Below the pieces are notes generated by a model. That model was not told the DNA's origin, did not search any database, and saw only the letters and a program-made list of their open reading frames with translations. Source: an uncultured virus (IMG/VR IMGVR_UViG_3300010353_000982) (lineage: Duplodnaviria > Heunggongvirae > Uroviricota > Caudoviricetes). From it: 20,000 nucleotides of DNA. Below, piece after piece: positions 1-9,308 of the stretch (the first letter of the stretch is position 1; each line of letters opens with the position of its first letter). The position numbers and the translations under genes are program-made. The stretch is from the IMG/VR virus record IMGVR_UViG_3300010353_000982; one strand, written 5' to 3'.

Positions 1-145
1 CCTCCGTGAGAAGCTTGTGCCCGTTCTTTGCCGACTGCACATAACCAATCCACTGCATCGCAGGGTTGGTCGGGGTTGTTCCGTAAGTTGCTTCTACAAC
101 CGCCTCGACAGCCCCCAGATATTGTCCATGTGCTCCTGATGCCAT
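1..145 (-). CDS. Putative major tail tube protein, N-terminal part (runs off the window edge)
   Basis: Not in the ORF track. Translated by hand from the ATG at 145: MASGAHGQYLGAVEAVVEATYGTTPTNPAMQWIGYVQSAKNGHKLLTE. A GAGGT RBS lies upstream. The E-x-TYG-x-TP N-terminal motif is typical of siphovirus tube proteins, and the gene follows the tail terminator. Confidence 0.7.
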   Translation of the reverse strand, partial: MASGAHGQYLGAVEAVVEATYGTTPTNPAMQWIGYVQSAKNGHKLLTE

Positions 146-149
146 GTTT

Positions 150-548
150 TTACCTCACTACTATCCACGAAATTTCGATGTCCATCTCACGCTTGTAGAT
201 CTCATCCTTACCTGCTACGGCGGGAATGAGTGGACTAATCGAAAAGATTCTCCCGAAGGAAAAGTCTTCAATCGCATAGCCATACTGAACGAAGGCGATG
301 TAGACATCATCAAACAATTGATCGAGAGTCATTGTGTCGTCATCTACAACAGTAACACGAGCCAGACCCTTCATAAGACCACCCTCGATAAGAGGATCGG
401 ATGATGCAGACACAATGTCGACGACACAACACGGGATTACTGCATCATTTTCTGGGTAGGTAGCGAACACTTTGCCTGACAGCGATGTGACCTTCGCTTC
501 GATAAATGTCTTGAATGCCCGTTTTATGTCTTCGAGACTGTTCTTCAT
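150..548 (-). CDS. Putative tail terminator / tail completion protein
   Basis: 132 aa, lying between the gp10-like gene and the tail tube. Helix-P-x-x-P-beta pattern resembles lambda gpU/SPP1 gp17-like proteins. Confidence 0.55.
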   Translation of the reverse strand: MKNSLEDIKRAFKTFIEAKVTSLSGKVFATYPENDAVIPCCVVDIVSASSDPLIEGGLMKGLARVTVVDDDTMTLDQLFDDVYIAFVQYGYAIEDFSFGRIFSISPLIPAVAGKDEIYKREMDIEISWIVVR

Positions 549-1102
549 TGGTATCTCTCCCCCTTTGTAAAGAGTGTCCTTGAAGCAATGTTCGTCGAAA
601 TCTTAAGAGTTCCACGCCGCCAGTTGTAGGAATATTTCCTTACCTGTAAATCACGAACAATCTGATTCTTGGTATTCCATACAATTTTCCGCACATCATG
701 AATTATCCCACGCGCAGGATCTGGATATTTGTATGACTTTCCAGTAAGCCCCCGAGCAGTTCGAATAAAACGGCGGAAATTGATATCCATACCATAAACT
801 AGGAATTTGGCATATGGTAGGCCAGAGTTGGCAATGGTATATTCATACCCAGTCTTACCAATTTTCCTCTTTGTCCGTGACCAGGATAACTGATAATCAC
901 CCTCGTCAACTGGTGACGAATCAACAATCTCCCTGAAACATTTTTCAACTTCAGTTTCAATTGTCTCAAGCATCATCGTCGATTCAATAAACGTATCTGG
1001 ATTGAGAATAAGACGAACCTGCTCCGAAATAACAGGAGTACACCTTACATGCACTCTCTTATTAACGCTTGAAACAGGCCCAAACGTGTAGACAGACGGC
1101 AT
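545..1102 (-). CDS. HK97 gp10-like tail completion / neck protein
   Basis: 185 aa. SPVDEGDYQLSW resembles the gp10 'PVDTG.L..S' motif, with a PYA..L.YG motif downstream. Synteny fits. Confidence 0.6.
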   Translation of the reverse strand: MPSVYTFGPVSSVNKRVHVRCTPVISEQVRLILNPDTFIESTMMLETIETEVEKCFREIVDSSPVDEGDYQLSWSRTKRKIGKTGYEYTIANSGLPYAKFLVYGMDINFRRFIRTARGLTGKSYKYPDPARGIIHDVRKIVWNTKNQIVRDLQVRKYSYNWRRGTLKISTNIASRTLFTKGERYQ

Positions 1103-1473
1103 TATGGCGCAGCCTCCAGACGTGCTTCAAAGACGTAAAATGCATCTCCGAAGACTTCTTTTGACTTCAGTTTATACCATTCCGCCTCTACCTGAATATA
1201 ATCCTCAACATCAACAGGACAGTCTTCTTGAACGACGTATACTTCTATGATTCCAAGTTCATCGACGCCAAAAGCCCGCTCCATGTGAACGATATTCGAA
1301 TGAACATCATATGTCCTTGCAGGTAAGACAACAGCATACAAAGAAACAGTAGTGTAAGTAGCAGAATTGTTCTGGTAGAAACTATCGGTGGTAGTCGGCG
1401 TGCCTGCTACCTTAAAAGTATAGGCTTTTCCGAGCTTACGCAACATTTTACCGATTTTATTATCCAGCACCAT
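1102..1473 (-). CDS. Putative head-closure (SPP1 gp16-like) protein
   Basis: 123 aa, beta-rich, with a D-x-I-x-V-x(3)-W-Y-x-L C-terminal pattern. Synteny fits and it is translationally coupled. Confidence 0.5.
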   Translation of the reverse strand: MVLDNKIGKMLRKLGKAYTFKVAGTPTTTDSFYQNNSATYTTVSLYAVVLPARTYDVHSNIVHMERAFGVDELGIIEVYVVQEDCPVDVEDYIQVEAEWYKLKSKEVFGDAFYVFEARLEAAP

Positions 1474-1712
1474 TATAATCCTACTCCATTTGTTATCAAA
1501 GCAGCGATCCCAGTGACAATCGCTCCAATGATTCCCAGAAGAGCACGAATTACGTTCCTATAGAACTTTTGCTGCTCTTCCAGAGTTTTCTTCTGTTCCT
1601 TCTTAAGCTCCTCGACTTCTTGCTTGAGTAACTTTATTTCGTGGTTGATAACTCCAACGGCACGATCAAACTGACCTCTACTAACATTTCTTGGTTCATC
1701 AACCATCCTCAC
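1473..1712 (-). CDS. Small coiled-coil protein with a C-terminal transmembrane helix
   Basis: 79 aa. Heptad-like IKLLKQEVEELKKEQ followed by hydrophobic ALLGIIGAIVTGIAALIT. Confidence 0.55.
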   Translation of the reverse strand: MRMVDEPRNVSRGQFDRAVGVINHEIKLLKQEVEELKKEQKKTLEEQQKFYRNVIRALLGIIGAIVTGIAALITNGVGL

Positions 1713-2089
1713 TCCTCTGCTTCGTAATAATTCGCTGGGATTATATCAATAGCAGACTGCGGCGTTGAGGACAATGATGCTACCTTGTTCTTCTTGATGT
1801 AAAGTTCAGACATGCCGTCATATTTGGCGATCATGTCATCAATTTCATTAATCTGATGGGTAGCACCAATTTTGTTGGTGTAAGCCAGCTCTCCGTTGGT
1901 TTTCAGAGCTCTTAATGTGTTAGCAGCCGACAAATAAAGGACGGCGAAGCGGAGGTTAGCAGAATATGTGCTAGTCCCTGCTTTCGCCTCTATCTCCTCT
2001 TGGGCGAGGTTGACTATCTGATCGTATTCGCTATTCGTCATAGACGACTTGACCAGCGCCTTTACCTCCTTACTCGTTACCCAAGCCAT
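1709..2089 (-). CDS. Putative head-tail connector (gp6/gp15-like adaptor)
   Basis: 126 aa, helical, with a W-V-T-x-x-E-V-K N-terminus. Immediately downstream of the capsid gene, with a GGAGG RBS. Confidence 0.6.
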   Translation of the reverse strand: MAWVTSKEVKALVKSSMTNSEYDQIVNLAQEEIEAKAGTSTYSANLRFAVLYLSAANTLRALKTNGELAYTNKIGATHQINEIDDMIAKYDGMSELYIKKNKVASLSSTPQSAIDIIPANYYEAEE

Positions 2090-2101
2090 GAGATAGCCTC
2101 C

Positions 2102-2950
2102 TTAAATTGCGGTCAGCTTGCAGATTGCATTAGCGTTGTAGATAACGGGTACAATGCACTCGTAGACCTGACCCCACTCGTCACGAGACTTCTGGAGAGT
2201 CTCCGTCCGAACAGTCATGTCAACAGGCATTACTGCCTCGAAGAAACCAGATCCAGGCTGTGCGAGCAGCATACCAGTATCGACGGTCTGGAACGGGGTA
2301 GAGTAAATCTGACCGCCTTCGAGCAGTTCCCTGACCATGTTAATCTCACGGTCTCCAGCGCCAGATCCGAGGACTGACACTGCAAGTTCCATGAACTGTG
2401 TCGGGTTCAGCACGAGGTTATACGGGCCGTAGATGTCGTCGGCAATGAGCTCGGTGATTGCGAGCTGCACCTTGGCCATTGCGTTGCCTGCAGTTCCAAA
2501 GTCCTTTGCGGTTGATTCGGAATTGCCAGCGCCCTGATACAGACCATTGATGTCGTAGGTGCTACCGTCGGCAGAATACCCATTGAGCAGCATTGCGTTC
2601 TCCTGCAGCATCACTTTGTATGATGCAGAGTCGGCAGTGGATGCCTGAAGCGGGTAGCCTCCGCGCTGTGCGGCGACAATATCACGGTAGCCAATACGGA
2701 ACTCCTTGTGGATCACGGGGATCGGCACATGGCTCCTTCCGAAGTCGGCGACATCTTCGCCAGTCTCGGTAAAGGCATAGGTGATCTGTGCATCACTGAC
2801 TTCGGTGAGCGTGTCATAAGTCCACTGCTGCAGCCCGACGCCAGCGTTAAGAGGACGGACGCCTATGATCTGCCGCGCGATAGAGTGCTTGCGGGCATTC
2901 TTGACGATTCCTTCCTTGATTTTTATGTAGGTTTCAGGTGGAAGTACCAT
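2102..2950 (-). CDS. Major capsid protein, HK97 fold, encapsulin/Linocin_M18-like
   Basis: 282 aa. VPIPVIHKEFRIGYRDIVAAQRGGYPL, ENAMLLNG, INGL and GPYNLVLNP match family-1 encapsulin-like shell motifs. Lies in a virion gene cluster. Confidence 0.85.
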   Translation of the reverse strand: MVLPPETYIKIKEGIVKNARKHSIARQIIGVRPLNAGVGLQQWTYDTLTEVSDAQITYAFTETGEDVADFGRSHVPIPVIHKEFRIGYRDIVAAQRGGYPLQASTADSASYKVMLQENAMLLNGYSADGSTYDINGLYQGAGNSESTAKDFGTAGNAMAKVQLAITELIADDIYGPYNLVLNPTQFMELAVSVLGSGAGDREINMVRELLEGGQIYSTPFQTVDTGMLLAQPGSGFFEAVMPVDMTVRTETLQKSRDEWGQVYECIVPVIYNANAICKLTAI

Positions 2951-2963
2951 GTTTGTTCCCTCC

Positions 2964-3875
2964 TTAAATCAGGCTCCTGACCATAAGATCAGTGACTGCA
3001 GTGGTCGTGGTGATTACACTCTCTTCTGCAATGGCAATCGGAGCCATTCCAGCACCATCAACAACGAGGTAAATGTATCCCGCAATGTTGTGGTCAGAGG
3101 TGGTGTATGATATGGACGACGGGGTTCCATCGCAGATGTACGGCTTCGGAACATCGAAGAACAGCGGCGTGGTGTCACCAGACTTGAGTTCGAGAGCAAT
3201 GAGGTCTCCGCGAGTGTTGTTGGTCTCGGTAGCATCACCGTTGACGTGTGCAACGAATCCCTTATTGGCGCAGGACTCACCATCAACAAACCCGTCAGCG
3301 TCTCCACCAGACTCGGATGAGAGCATACCAACGTCGATTGTCGATGCAGCTACATTGGTTCCAACGTAGATGATTGCATCCCTGACAATTGCGCCTGCAG
3401 GCAGGTCAATGCCAGTGTCGTATTCGGAAGTCTTCTTGGTGAAGGGAATACGCATTGCATATCCGCCACCCATCGGGACGACGGGTATAAGAACACCGCC
3501 AGTGGTCGGCGCGAGCAAATCGCCCTTGTAGACGACAACTCCAGCAGCAAGAGCAGCTACAACCCAGAAGCCACCGCCCTTCAGGACAGGGACACGGGCG
3601 CTTGCAGCCCAGATAGTGTCGACGGTTGCGGGCCTATTGCTGGTCATCGAGGAGCTTCCGAGGAAGGACTGCTCGTACCCAATGAACCCATGGGCCATAT
3701 AGGTAACACCATCGGCAACAACAACGTCATCGTCGTTTGTTCCGCGCATTGCCGCACGACCAGCGTATGCATTAGTCGCACTCTCAAGTTTATACTCGGA
3801 GTAGAAACAGGAGTCAGTTGCGGCAATTACGATTTTGTTTGCGGGCTTCTTGAACCCAAAGTAATTCTGTGCCAT
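2964..3875 (-). CDS. Putative capsid decoration / cement protein
   Basis: 303 aa, Gly/Ala/Thr-rich and beta-rich. Lies between scaffold and capsid genes, with a GGAGG RBS. Confidence 0.55.
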   Translation of the reverse strand: MAQNYFGFKKPANKIVIAATDSCFYSEYKLESATNAYAGRAAMRGTNDDDVVVADGVTYMAHGFIGYEQSFLGSSSMTSNRPATVDTIWAASARVPVLKGGGFWVVAALAAGVVVYKGDLLAPTTGGVLIPVVPMGGGYAMRIPFTKKTSEYDTGIDLPAGAIVRDAIIYVGTNVAASTIDVGMLSSESGGDADGFVDGESCANKGFVAHVNGDATETNNTRGDLIALELKSGDTTPLFFDVPKPYICDGTPSSISYTTSDHNIAGYIYLVVDGAGMAPIAIAEESVITTTTAVTDLMVRSLI

Positions 3876-3887
3876 TTTTCATTCCTC

Positions 3888-4424
3888 CTATACCTTTGTG
3901 ACCCACGTCACTTTGCCATCGCTGTCGACAGACGGGATACCAACAGACAGGCCACCACTCTCTTCAGGAGTCGATGCAGGATACTTCAGACCAGCGGTCT
4001 TGTCATCCTCAACTTCCTCGGTCTTGATCGCATTCAGATTTGCGGTAAACGCAGTAATCTGCTCGGCGGTCATTCCCTCGAAGATCTTGGTGTTGATGTC
4101 CTTGATTCCGCGCTTTGTAGCTGCGGCGACATATTCACTTACTGCAGCCTCATGTGCAAGGGATGCCTTATACGCAGCAATCTGCTGGTCGGCGATTTCC
4201 TTTGCCTTCGACGCAATAAGTTCCTCCTGACTGACGGTCTTGTCGTCTTTCTTCTCGGAAGCAACCTTTTCCTCGGTCTTCTTGGAAGCGACCTTTTCCT
4301 GTTCATCAGGCTTCTGCTCCAGCGCCTTCTTCTCAAGAGCCGCAATCTTTGCATCGCGCTCTACGAGGGCTGCCTGAAGCTGCTCCATGGTAAGAGTAGT
4401 CTCTTTCTTATCTGTATCAGCCAT
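3888..4424 (-). CDS. Nested in-frame scaffolding protein (internal start)
   Basis: Strong RBS GAAAGGAGGTAAAAAAT directly before the in-frame ATG at 4424 (MADTDKKE...). 178 aa, K/E/A-rich coiled coil. Confidence 0.7.
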   Translation of the reverse strand: MADTDKKETTLTMEQLQAALVERDAKIAALEKKALEQKPDEQEKVASKKTEEKVASEKKDDKTVSQEELIASKAKEIADQQIAAYKASLAHEAAVSEYVAAATKRGIKDINTKIFEGMTAEQITAFTANLNAIKTEEVEDDKTAGLKYPASTPEESGGLSVGIPSVDSDGKVTWVTKV

Positions 4425-5048
4425 ATTTTTACCTCCTTTCGAGTTACCAGCTACGTTTGCGTTCTTCTCTGGAGAGTTAGGAGAAGAAGCGAGCCCGCTA
4501 ATAACCTGATTGAGTTCTTTTGCTGTCGGTACATACTCGATAGTCCCAAGGACGGTACGAGCTTGAGTTGAGGGTTCTGACGGTGCTGGAGCACTAACAG
4601 AGAAATTGGCAATCAAAAAAGTTTCAAAGCCGTCCTCCGAAGAGGCAAGAACATTGAAATTTGCATCGGGCCAAGCTCCCTCGGGTACGACAGTAACATT
4701 CTTACCCTCGCACCCTGTTGCCCATCCGTCGACATTTTCTTTTGCCGCAAGACGGACGCTCCAGTTTGGCTTCCACGTCCCTTCGGAAATCTTCCTCTGG
4801 GCAACGGAATCGGTAATCTCTGCCATTGCCTTAATTTTCTTGACAAAAGGATCATACCAAACATTGCTCATCTTACCGATCTCGGCCTTCGGGTCGAAAT
4901 CGCAACCATGAGCATCGCCGTTGCGTGGACAAACGGTAAGAGCCTTGCCCTTCAACGTCGCCACGACGTTCTGAATCTCACTGTCGAGGATGCCCCACCC
5001 ATTTTTGTTCTTAACCCCAACGGGGATAATGGCTCCTGAAATAATCAT
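3888..5048 (-). CDS. Prohead protease - scaffold fusion
   Basis: N-terminal domain with NKNGW, His (DAHG), EIG and Ser (WSV) in HK97/herpes-type protease spacing. C-terminal half is a charged coiled coil. I prefer the ATG at 5048 (AGGTGGAG RBS, downstream of a TATA box) to the TTG at 5141. Confidence 0.7.
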   Translation of the reverse strand: MIISGAIIPVGVKNKNGWGILDSEIQNVVATLKGKALTVCPRNGDAHGCDFDPKAEIGKMSNVWYDPFVKKIKAMAEITDSVAQRKISEGTWKPNWSVRLAAKENVDGWATGCEGKNVTVVPEGAWPDANFNVLASSEDGFETFLIANFSVSAPAPSEPSTQARTVLGTIEYVPTAKELNQVISGLASSPNSPEKNANVAGNSKGGKNMADTDKKETTLTMEQLQAALVERDAKIAALEKKALEQKPDEQEKVASKKTEEKVASEKKDDKTVSQEELIASKAKEIADQQIAAYKASLAHEAAVSEYVAAATKRGIKDINTKIFEGMTAEQITAFTANLNAIKTEEVEDDKTAGLKYPASTPEESGGLSVGIPSVDSDGKVTWVTKV

Positions 5049-5084
5049 TGCACCCTCTCCACCTTTATTATCTGCGTTCATCGA

Positions 5085-5092
5085 TATATAAA
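5085..5092 (-). promoter_or_regulatory. Archaeal TATA box of the structural operon
   Basis: TTTATATA on the minus strand, about 37 nt upstream of the ATG at 5048. Confidence 0.55.
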
Positions 5093-5198
5093 CAGTACGT
5101 TGATATGTGAAATTCGTCATTAAATTGGTCAAAAACGACAAATACGGCTGTAAAACAAGGTAAAGAGAGGCAAAATAGGGCAGAAAGTGGCATGAACC

Positions 5199-5212
5199 AC
5201 AACCTTTATAGG
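5199..5212 (+). promoter_or_regulatory. BRE/TATA promoter for a leaderless transcript
   Basis: ACAACCTTTATAGG ending about 25 nt before the ATG at 5236, which lacks an RBS. Confidence 0.45.
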
Positions 5213-5235
5213 GTTTTACTACAATATATATTGCA

Positions 5236-5784
5236 ATGACTGGCTATAGAAATAAATACGACTGGTCTGGGGAATGTGCAGCGAGAGGACTTAACGCCGA
5301 GGAATTTTTCGTCGTAAAAGCTCACGAACACGGCTATGATACCAAAAAGGCAGGAAAAGAAGACGATATGTACCGAAAAATCGACTTTTTCTTCAGAAAA
5401 TCGCCGATTTTCCATCCAGATGCCAAAGATCTTGGCAAAATTTACTCAACTGACGTCAAGGCCATGAAGAAAATCAGCCGCCAAGACGCCGAGCCGCAGG
5501 ATCAGTGGACTTGGATTGAGCTCCATGGTGTCAACGAGGGCAATAAGGGATGGCTTTATGGTGGCTGCAGCGACTTCATCGCCTTCCAGACACGGCGCGG
5601 TTTCCTTCTTGTGCCGCGTGTTGACCTTATAGCGAAGGTGGAAGAGGTTGTAAACTTCGATGCGCGTGTCAGAACACCCATGGAGGCAGCCTATAAAGTC
5701 TACCAGCGCGCGGGCCGCGTCGATGAAGTGACTCTTATTGAGAAAAAACATCTGATGGATATCACATGGGAGGAATGGAAGTGA
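5236..5784 (+). CDS. PD-(D/E)xK superfamily nuclease-like protein
   Basis: 182 aa. AEEFF...KIDF...TDVK catalytic-type pattern followed by WIEL..GWLYG..DFIAF. Confidence 0.65.
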   Translation: MTGYRNKYDWSGECAARGLNAEEFFVVKAHEHGYDTKKAGKEDDMYRKIDFFFRKSPIFHPDAKDLGKIYSTDVKAMKKISRQDAEPQDQWTWIELHGVNEGNKGWLYGGCSDFIAFQTRRGFLLVPRVDLIAKVEEVVNFDARVRTPMEAAYKVYQRAGRVDEVTLIEKKHLMDITWEEWK

Positions 5785-6008
5785 TATGTCTCGAACAGAA
5801 AGAAACCCAAGAAACGATCATCACTGTCCCGACGGTAAGTATTGTTCGTGGTGTCACCCTAAATCAAGTCAGCGAGGAGCAGTCAGGCAAAGAAATAAGC
5901 AGGAGGCTAGGTTTTATGAATGAAGAAATGTGGCGTGCTATTTTCATATGTGAAATCATGATAATTCTCACATTTCTAGCACTTATCGACCTTTCTTTTA
6001 TCAGGTGA
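5766..6008 (+). CDS. Hypothetical protein with a C-terminal TM helix (start uncertain)
   Basis: ORF overlapping the nuclease stop, with a hydrophobic C-terminus. Confidence 0.35.
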   Translation: MGGMEVICLEQKETQETIITVPTVSIVRGVTLNQVSEEQSGKEISRRLGFMNEEMWRAIFICEIMIILTFLALIDLSFIR

Positions 6009-6126
6009 ACTCGGAAAACCTTTTTTTCACGTCTGATAGTATTAAATTATCGGGTTGAAAAGCAAATATATCTGATGTCGACCACGTTTTTTGGTGGCGA
6101 CACAAGGGGAAGAGGAGGTTAACAAG

Positions 6127-6210
6127 ATGGAAACCGAGACTAGGATCGTCGCCATTGTCTTTGGCGTGATCGCTATCGCCGTTGTTGCCGTCTATGTGTT
6201 CTTCATCTAA
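6127..6210 (+). CDS. 27-aa single-pass membrane peptide
   Basis: GAGGAGGT RBS; METETRIVAIVFGVIAIAVVAVYVFFI. Confidence 0.5.
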   Translation: METETRIVAIVFGVIAIAVVAVYVFFI

Positions 6211-6563
6211 ATTGACTAACGTCAATTTTCCTGAAAGCCTGACAGCGATATAAAGGGGAAGAACGTCGAACAAGGGGAAAAGGGGAGAACCGAAAGTATT
6301 ATTACTTCTCAAACTGAAGTAATATACAGAGAGGAAGTTGCGGGCATTTGCCCCGCATGTTTTTAACCTCTCGGAATATCTCGATGTCTTCCCCTGACCT
6401 CGAATCACTTTTTCGAGAAAGGGTAGGTAAGCATCAAGAGCGGGGAAAAAAATGTACGATTATATTCTGATGATAATCCCGATAGGATTTATTATCGCTC
6501 TTCTGCCCGAGGTGTAAATCACCATATTGGAACATGGAGAGAAAGATTCGATAGGAGGTAAAG

Positions 6564-6815
6564 ATGGGAACAGAGTGGGATGAGACAGACTGTGATCTGT
6601 GCGACAAACAGGGGAGTGATGATTGCCCGTATCCTTATTCGGGCTGCCTTCTTGGGTGCTCATCATTCGAGAGGAGATCTTCCAATGATACGAAACAAAT
6701 CCAAGTTCGTCATGAGCAAATCAACGATTGTGCTCGAAATTGGCCTTCTGGCCCTCCAGGGGGCGGTTTTTCTCGCCATGGATTTGACCATATCGAGTAT
6801 CCTTACCTTCGTTAA
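6564..6815 (+). CDS. Hypothetical Cys-rich protein
   Basis: GGAGGT RBS; CDLC...CP...C...C. Confidence 0.45.
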   Translation: MGTEWDETDCDLCDKQGSDDCPYPYSGCLLGCSSFERRSSNDTKQIQVRHEQINDCARNWPSGPPGGGFSRHGFDHIEYPYLR

Positions 6816-6950
6816 TGCAGGGGCATGGTTTCTTGTGTGGCACAGAAATGAGACACAATGAGACACAAATAGAAACAAATCGTTTCTGAAATTGGAACAA
6901 TCGAAATCTTTTTTAGTTCAGCAATAGAAATAGGTAAGAGGGGATATAAT

Positions 6951-7088
6951 ATGCCTAAAGAATTTACCGACGGCAGCGATGCCGAGCTTGGAAATGATGA
7001 GATATATTATGACAAGATTGTCGGAGCCACGCGGCGCAAGAGATTGCCTGACGGCACGCTTGTCTGGTATCCGATTGAAAAGAAATAA
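6951..7088 (+). CDS. Hypothetical 45-aa protein
   Basis: GAGGGG RBS; MPKEFTDGSDAELGNDEIYYDKIVGATRRKRLPDGTLVWYPIEKK. Confidence 0.4.
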   Translation: MPKEFTDGSDAELGNDEIYYDKIVGATRRKRLPDGTLVWYPIEKK

Positions 7089-7306
7089 CCATGAACGAAG
7101 ATGCTCTTGAAAAACTGAAGCGCATGGCAATGCAGCGGTGTACTGATCGAATCAAGAGCGGCGAGAAAATGCCCCAATACGGGGTAACTTCTATTTTAAA
7201 AAAGAAATACTTACTTTAAAAAAGATTAATTATTATTGCCACAAATAAACGAATGTGAGCCGCAAAACGTGTTCTATATAATATCAACTGGATAAGATAT
7301 AAAGAT

Positions 7307-7377
7307 TTCGGAGGAAACTTCGGAGGAAACTTCGGAGGAAACTTCGGAGGAAACTTCGGAGGAAAGTTCGGAAAAAG
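7307..7377. repeat. 12-bp tandem repeat TTCGGAGGAAAC x5 plus a degenerate sixth copy
   Basis: Units start at 7307, 7319, 7331, 7343, 7355 (last base G) and 7367 (partial). Confidence 0.95.
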
Positions 7378-7481
7378 CCTCATATTCGCGTTTTAAGCTT
7401 CATGAAAATCAAGGTAAGAGAATAGTGCAGCAGCGGGCAGAAAGTGCCACAGAATCAATCCTACCCCCCGCCAAATTGATG

Positions 7482-8111
7482 TTAGGATATGGCCGCTGAA
7501 AACTCTTTTTCTAGTTCAGATCTTGTCCAGTTACTTTCATATAATATTGCCCTGCACCACTTCTTCAACTCTTCATGAGTAAGCGAATGTTTCATAACAT
7601 TGGCCTGAAAACAACAGAGAACCACATTTCCACGCACATAACCCTTGGACGATTTAATGCGGTCTATTGATATCGACGTAGGAAGCCCACCTTCGATATT
7701 GAAATCTATCGACATCTGGAAACCAGTATATTTGCAGAGTCCTCCCTGCAAGGTATAGAGTTCTTTCAAGTAATCTATCGTCAGGTCGAACTTCATTTTC
7801 TTATCCCGAGCTCTTTCCCGTGATCTTTTAATTAAATCGGCAAATTTTAAATTGAGCGGATCATCGACTTTTTTCTTTTCCCTTATCCTTTTTCTCGATG
7901 CTGCCACCCGATTCCGCTTTACTTCTGCAGACAAAGCAGCTTGAGCTTGCCTCGACCTTTCAATCTCCCGCTTTCTGTATTCAGGATGTCCATGGTAGTA
8001 GGCTTTAGAATAGGCCCGCTTACAAGCCCTACACGCCCTGCGATCTGCACACATCTCTGATTCTGGCTTTGTTTCGCCACAAGTGGCGCATTTATACATC
8101 TGTTCTTCCAT
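7482..8111 (-). CDS. HNH / His-Me finger endonuclease with an N-terminal zinc finger
   Basis: CATC...CRAC at the N-terminus. C-terminal CKYTG...SIDRIKSSKGYVRGNVVLCC..AN.MK motif of free-standing phage endonucleases. Confidence 0.8.
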   Translation of the reverse strand: MEEQMYKCATCGETKPESEMCADRRACRACKRAYSKAYYHGHPEYRKREIERSRQAQAALSAEVKRNRVAASRKRIREKKKVDDPLNLKFADLIKRSRERARDKKMKFDLTIDYLKELYTLQGGLCKYTGFQMSIDFNIEGGLPTSISIDRIKSSKGYVRGNVVLCCFQANVMKHSLTHEELKKWCRAILYESNWTRSELEKEFSAAIS

Positions 8112-9042
8112 ATAACACTATACGTTGCCATAGTATATAGTTATATTGGAAAAAAATTTTTTTTTTGGAAATGCGAAAATCAAGGTAATGAAAGCAACCA
8201 AAAACGATTCACGGAGGAAACCCCCACTTACATGCACCATCATATACAAAAACACGAGGTAAGGTGTATCAAAGTAGGGGTGCTCCCTCGGGCATTGCCA
8301 CAAATACGGCCATATAAGATTTGAAAAATGTCTTGTCGAGAATTTTCACTAGGCGCGACGACAGAAATATGCCCCCCGCTTCGAGATCTGGGCAAAATAA
8401 GCCCGTAAACTCGTCCGATTGTCACAGCGACGCCGCCAGGACTTCTAATTATCCTCATGAATATAAATCGTTTTCTCGACGACGCCCCGACGTCCACGTC
8501 GTCACCCCCGAAGCGTCTGACATGTGTCTGCCACCTGTCTGCCACTTGTCTGACACGCCCTATGTGCCGCACCCACTCCGTGCCCCACGACGGACACGTC
8601 GCCATCACGACGTCAAGATAAGATTTCGTTTTCATTTATATACCTTCCGCCGCGCCGCCCGCCTGACAGCGCATCCCCCCGCGCCCCTCGTTGCCACGAC
8701 GTAATCCTGGCCCGACGTAAATGACGACGATAACGACGGGACGTCGACACTATAGCACCCGACGTGCCACACCTCGCCCCCCGTCGACATTTTCTCGCCC
8801 CCACGACGTCACCGACGTCCCGCCCCTCGGCCTGTTCTCTTACCTGCAGACGACAACCACGTCGCCACCGACGGAAAACCCCCCGATTTCACCACGATTT
8901 CCACGTCGACACGACGTTACGACGATGGTTCGCCGTTGCTACGACGTTGTCCGTCGTTCGACGAAATAACGTCTGAACGCACGCCTGACCACGACGTTAA
9001 ATTTTCAAAACCTTCACGACGGAGACACGACGAGATACGACG

Positions 9043-9172
9043 CATTTCTTAATTCGAATGACTTCTTAAAAAACTAAAAAGCCATTTTTGACCCTTCTTA
9101 ATAATAATAATAATAATAATATATATATATAGTAAAATATGACTTCTTAGTTTCTTAAGAAGTAGAAGAAAC
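9043..9172. other. Putative replication origin core (AT-rich unwinding element with short repeats)
   Basis: (AAT)n then (AT)n run at ~9099-9131. Flanked by ATGACTTCTTA x2, further TTCTTA copies and the palindrome TTCTTAAGAA. Embedded in GC-rich non-coding DNA between divergent gene blocks. Confidence 0.5.
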
Positions 9173-9308
9173 CGAGAAATGCGACGTACACCGACGTTAA
9201 AATCAGGGGGATGCTATTTTCGAGATTACGTCGTGCTCCGACGTTAGCGGTTCAATTTGGGCGTTTTTGGCTAAAATAACGTTAAATCTTATCTCGTTAT
9301 CTTGTTAT

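Noticed and set aside
2102..2950. Cellular encapsulin nanocompartment operon
   Set aside because: It is flanked by protease/scaffold, connector and tail genes, with no cargo enzyme.
3690..4571. 293-aa plus-strand ORF and other antisense ORFs over the structural and early genes
   Set aside because: They are shadow frames of well-supported genes on the opposite strand.
7307..7377. CRISPR array
   Set aside because: The 12-bp units are contiguous with no spacers, and no cas genes are present.
7438..7456. RNase P RNA, suggested by GAAAGTGCCACAGAA
   Set aside because: The other conserved RNase P regions (P4 helix strands) were not found at suitable spacing, and part of the motif recurs at 5178 as a local repeat.
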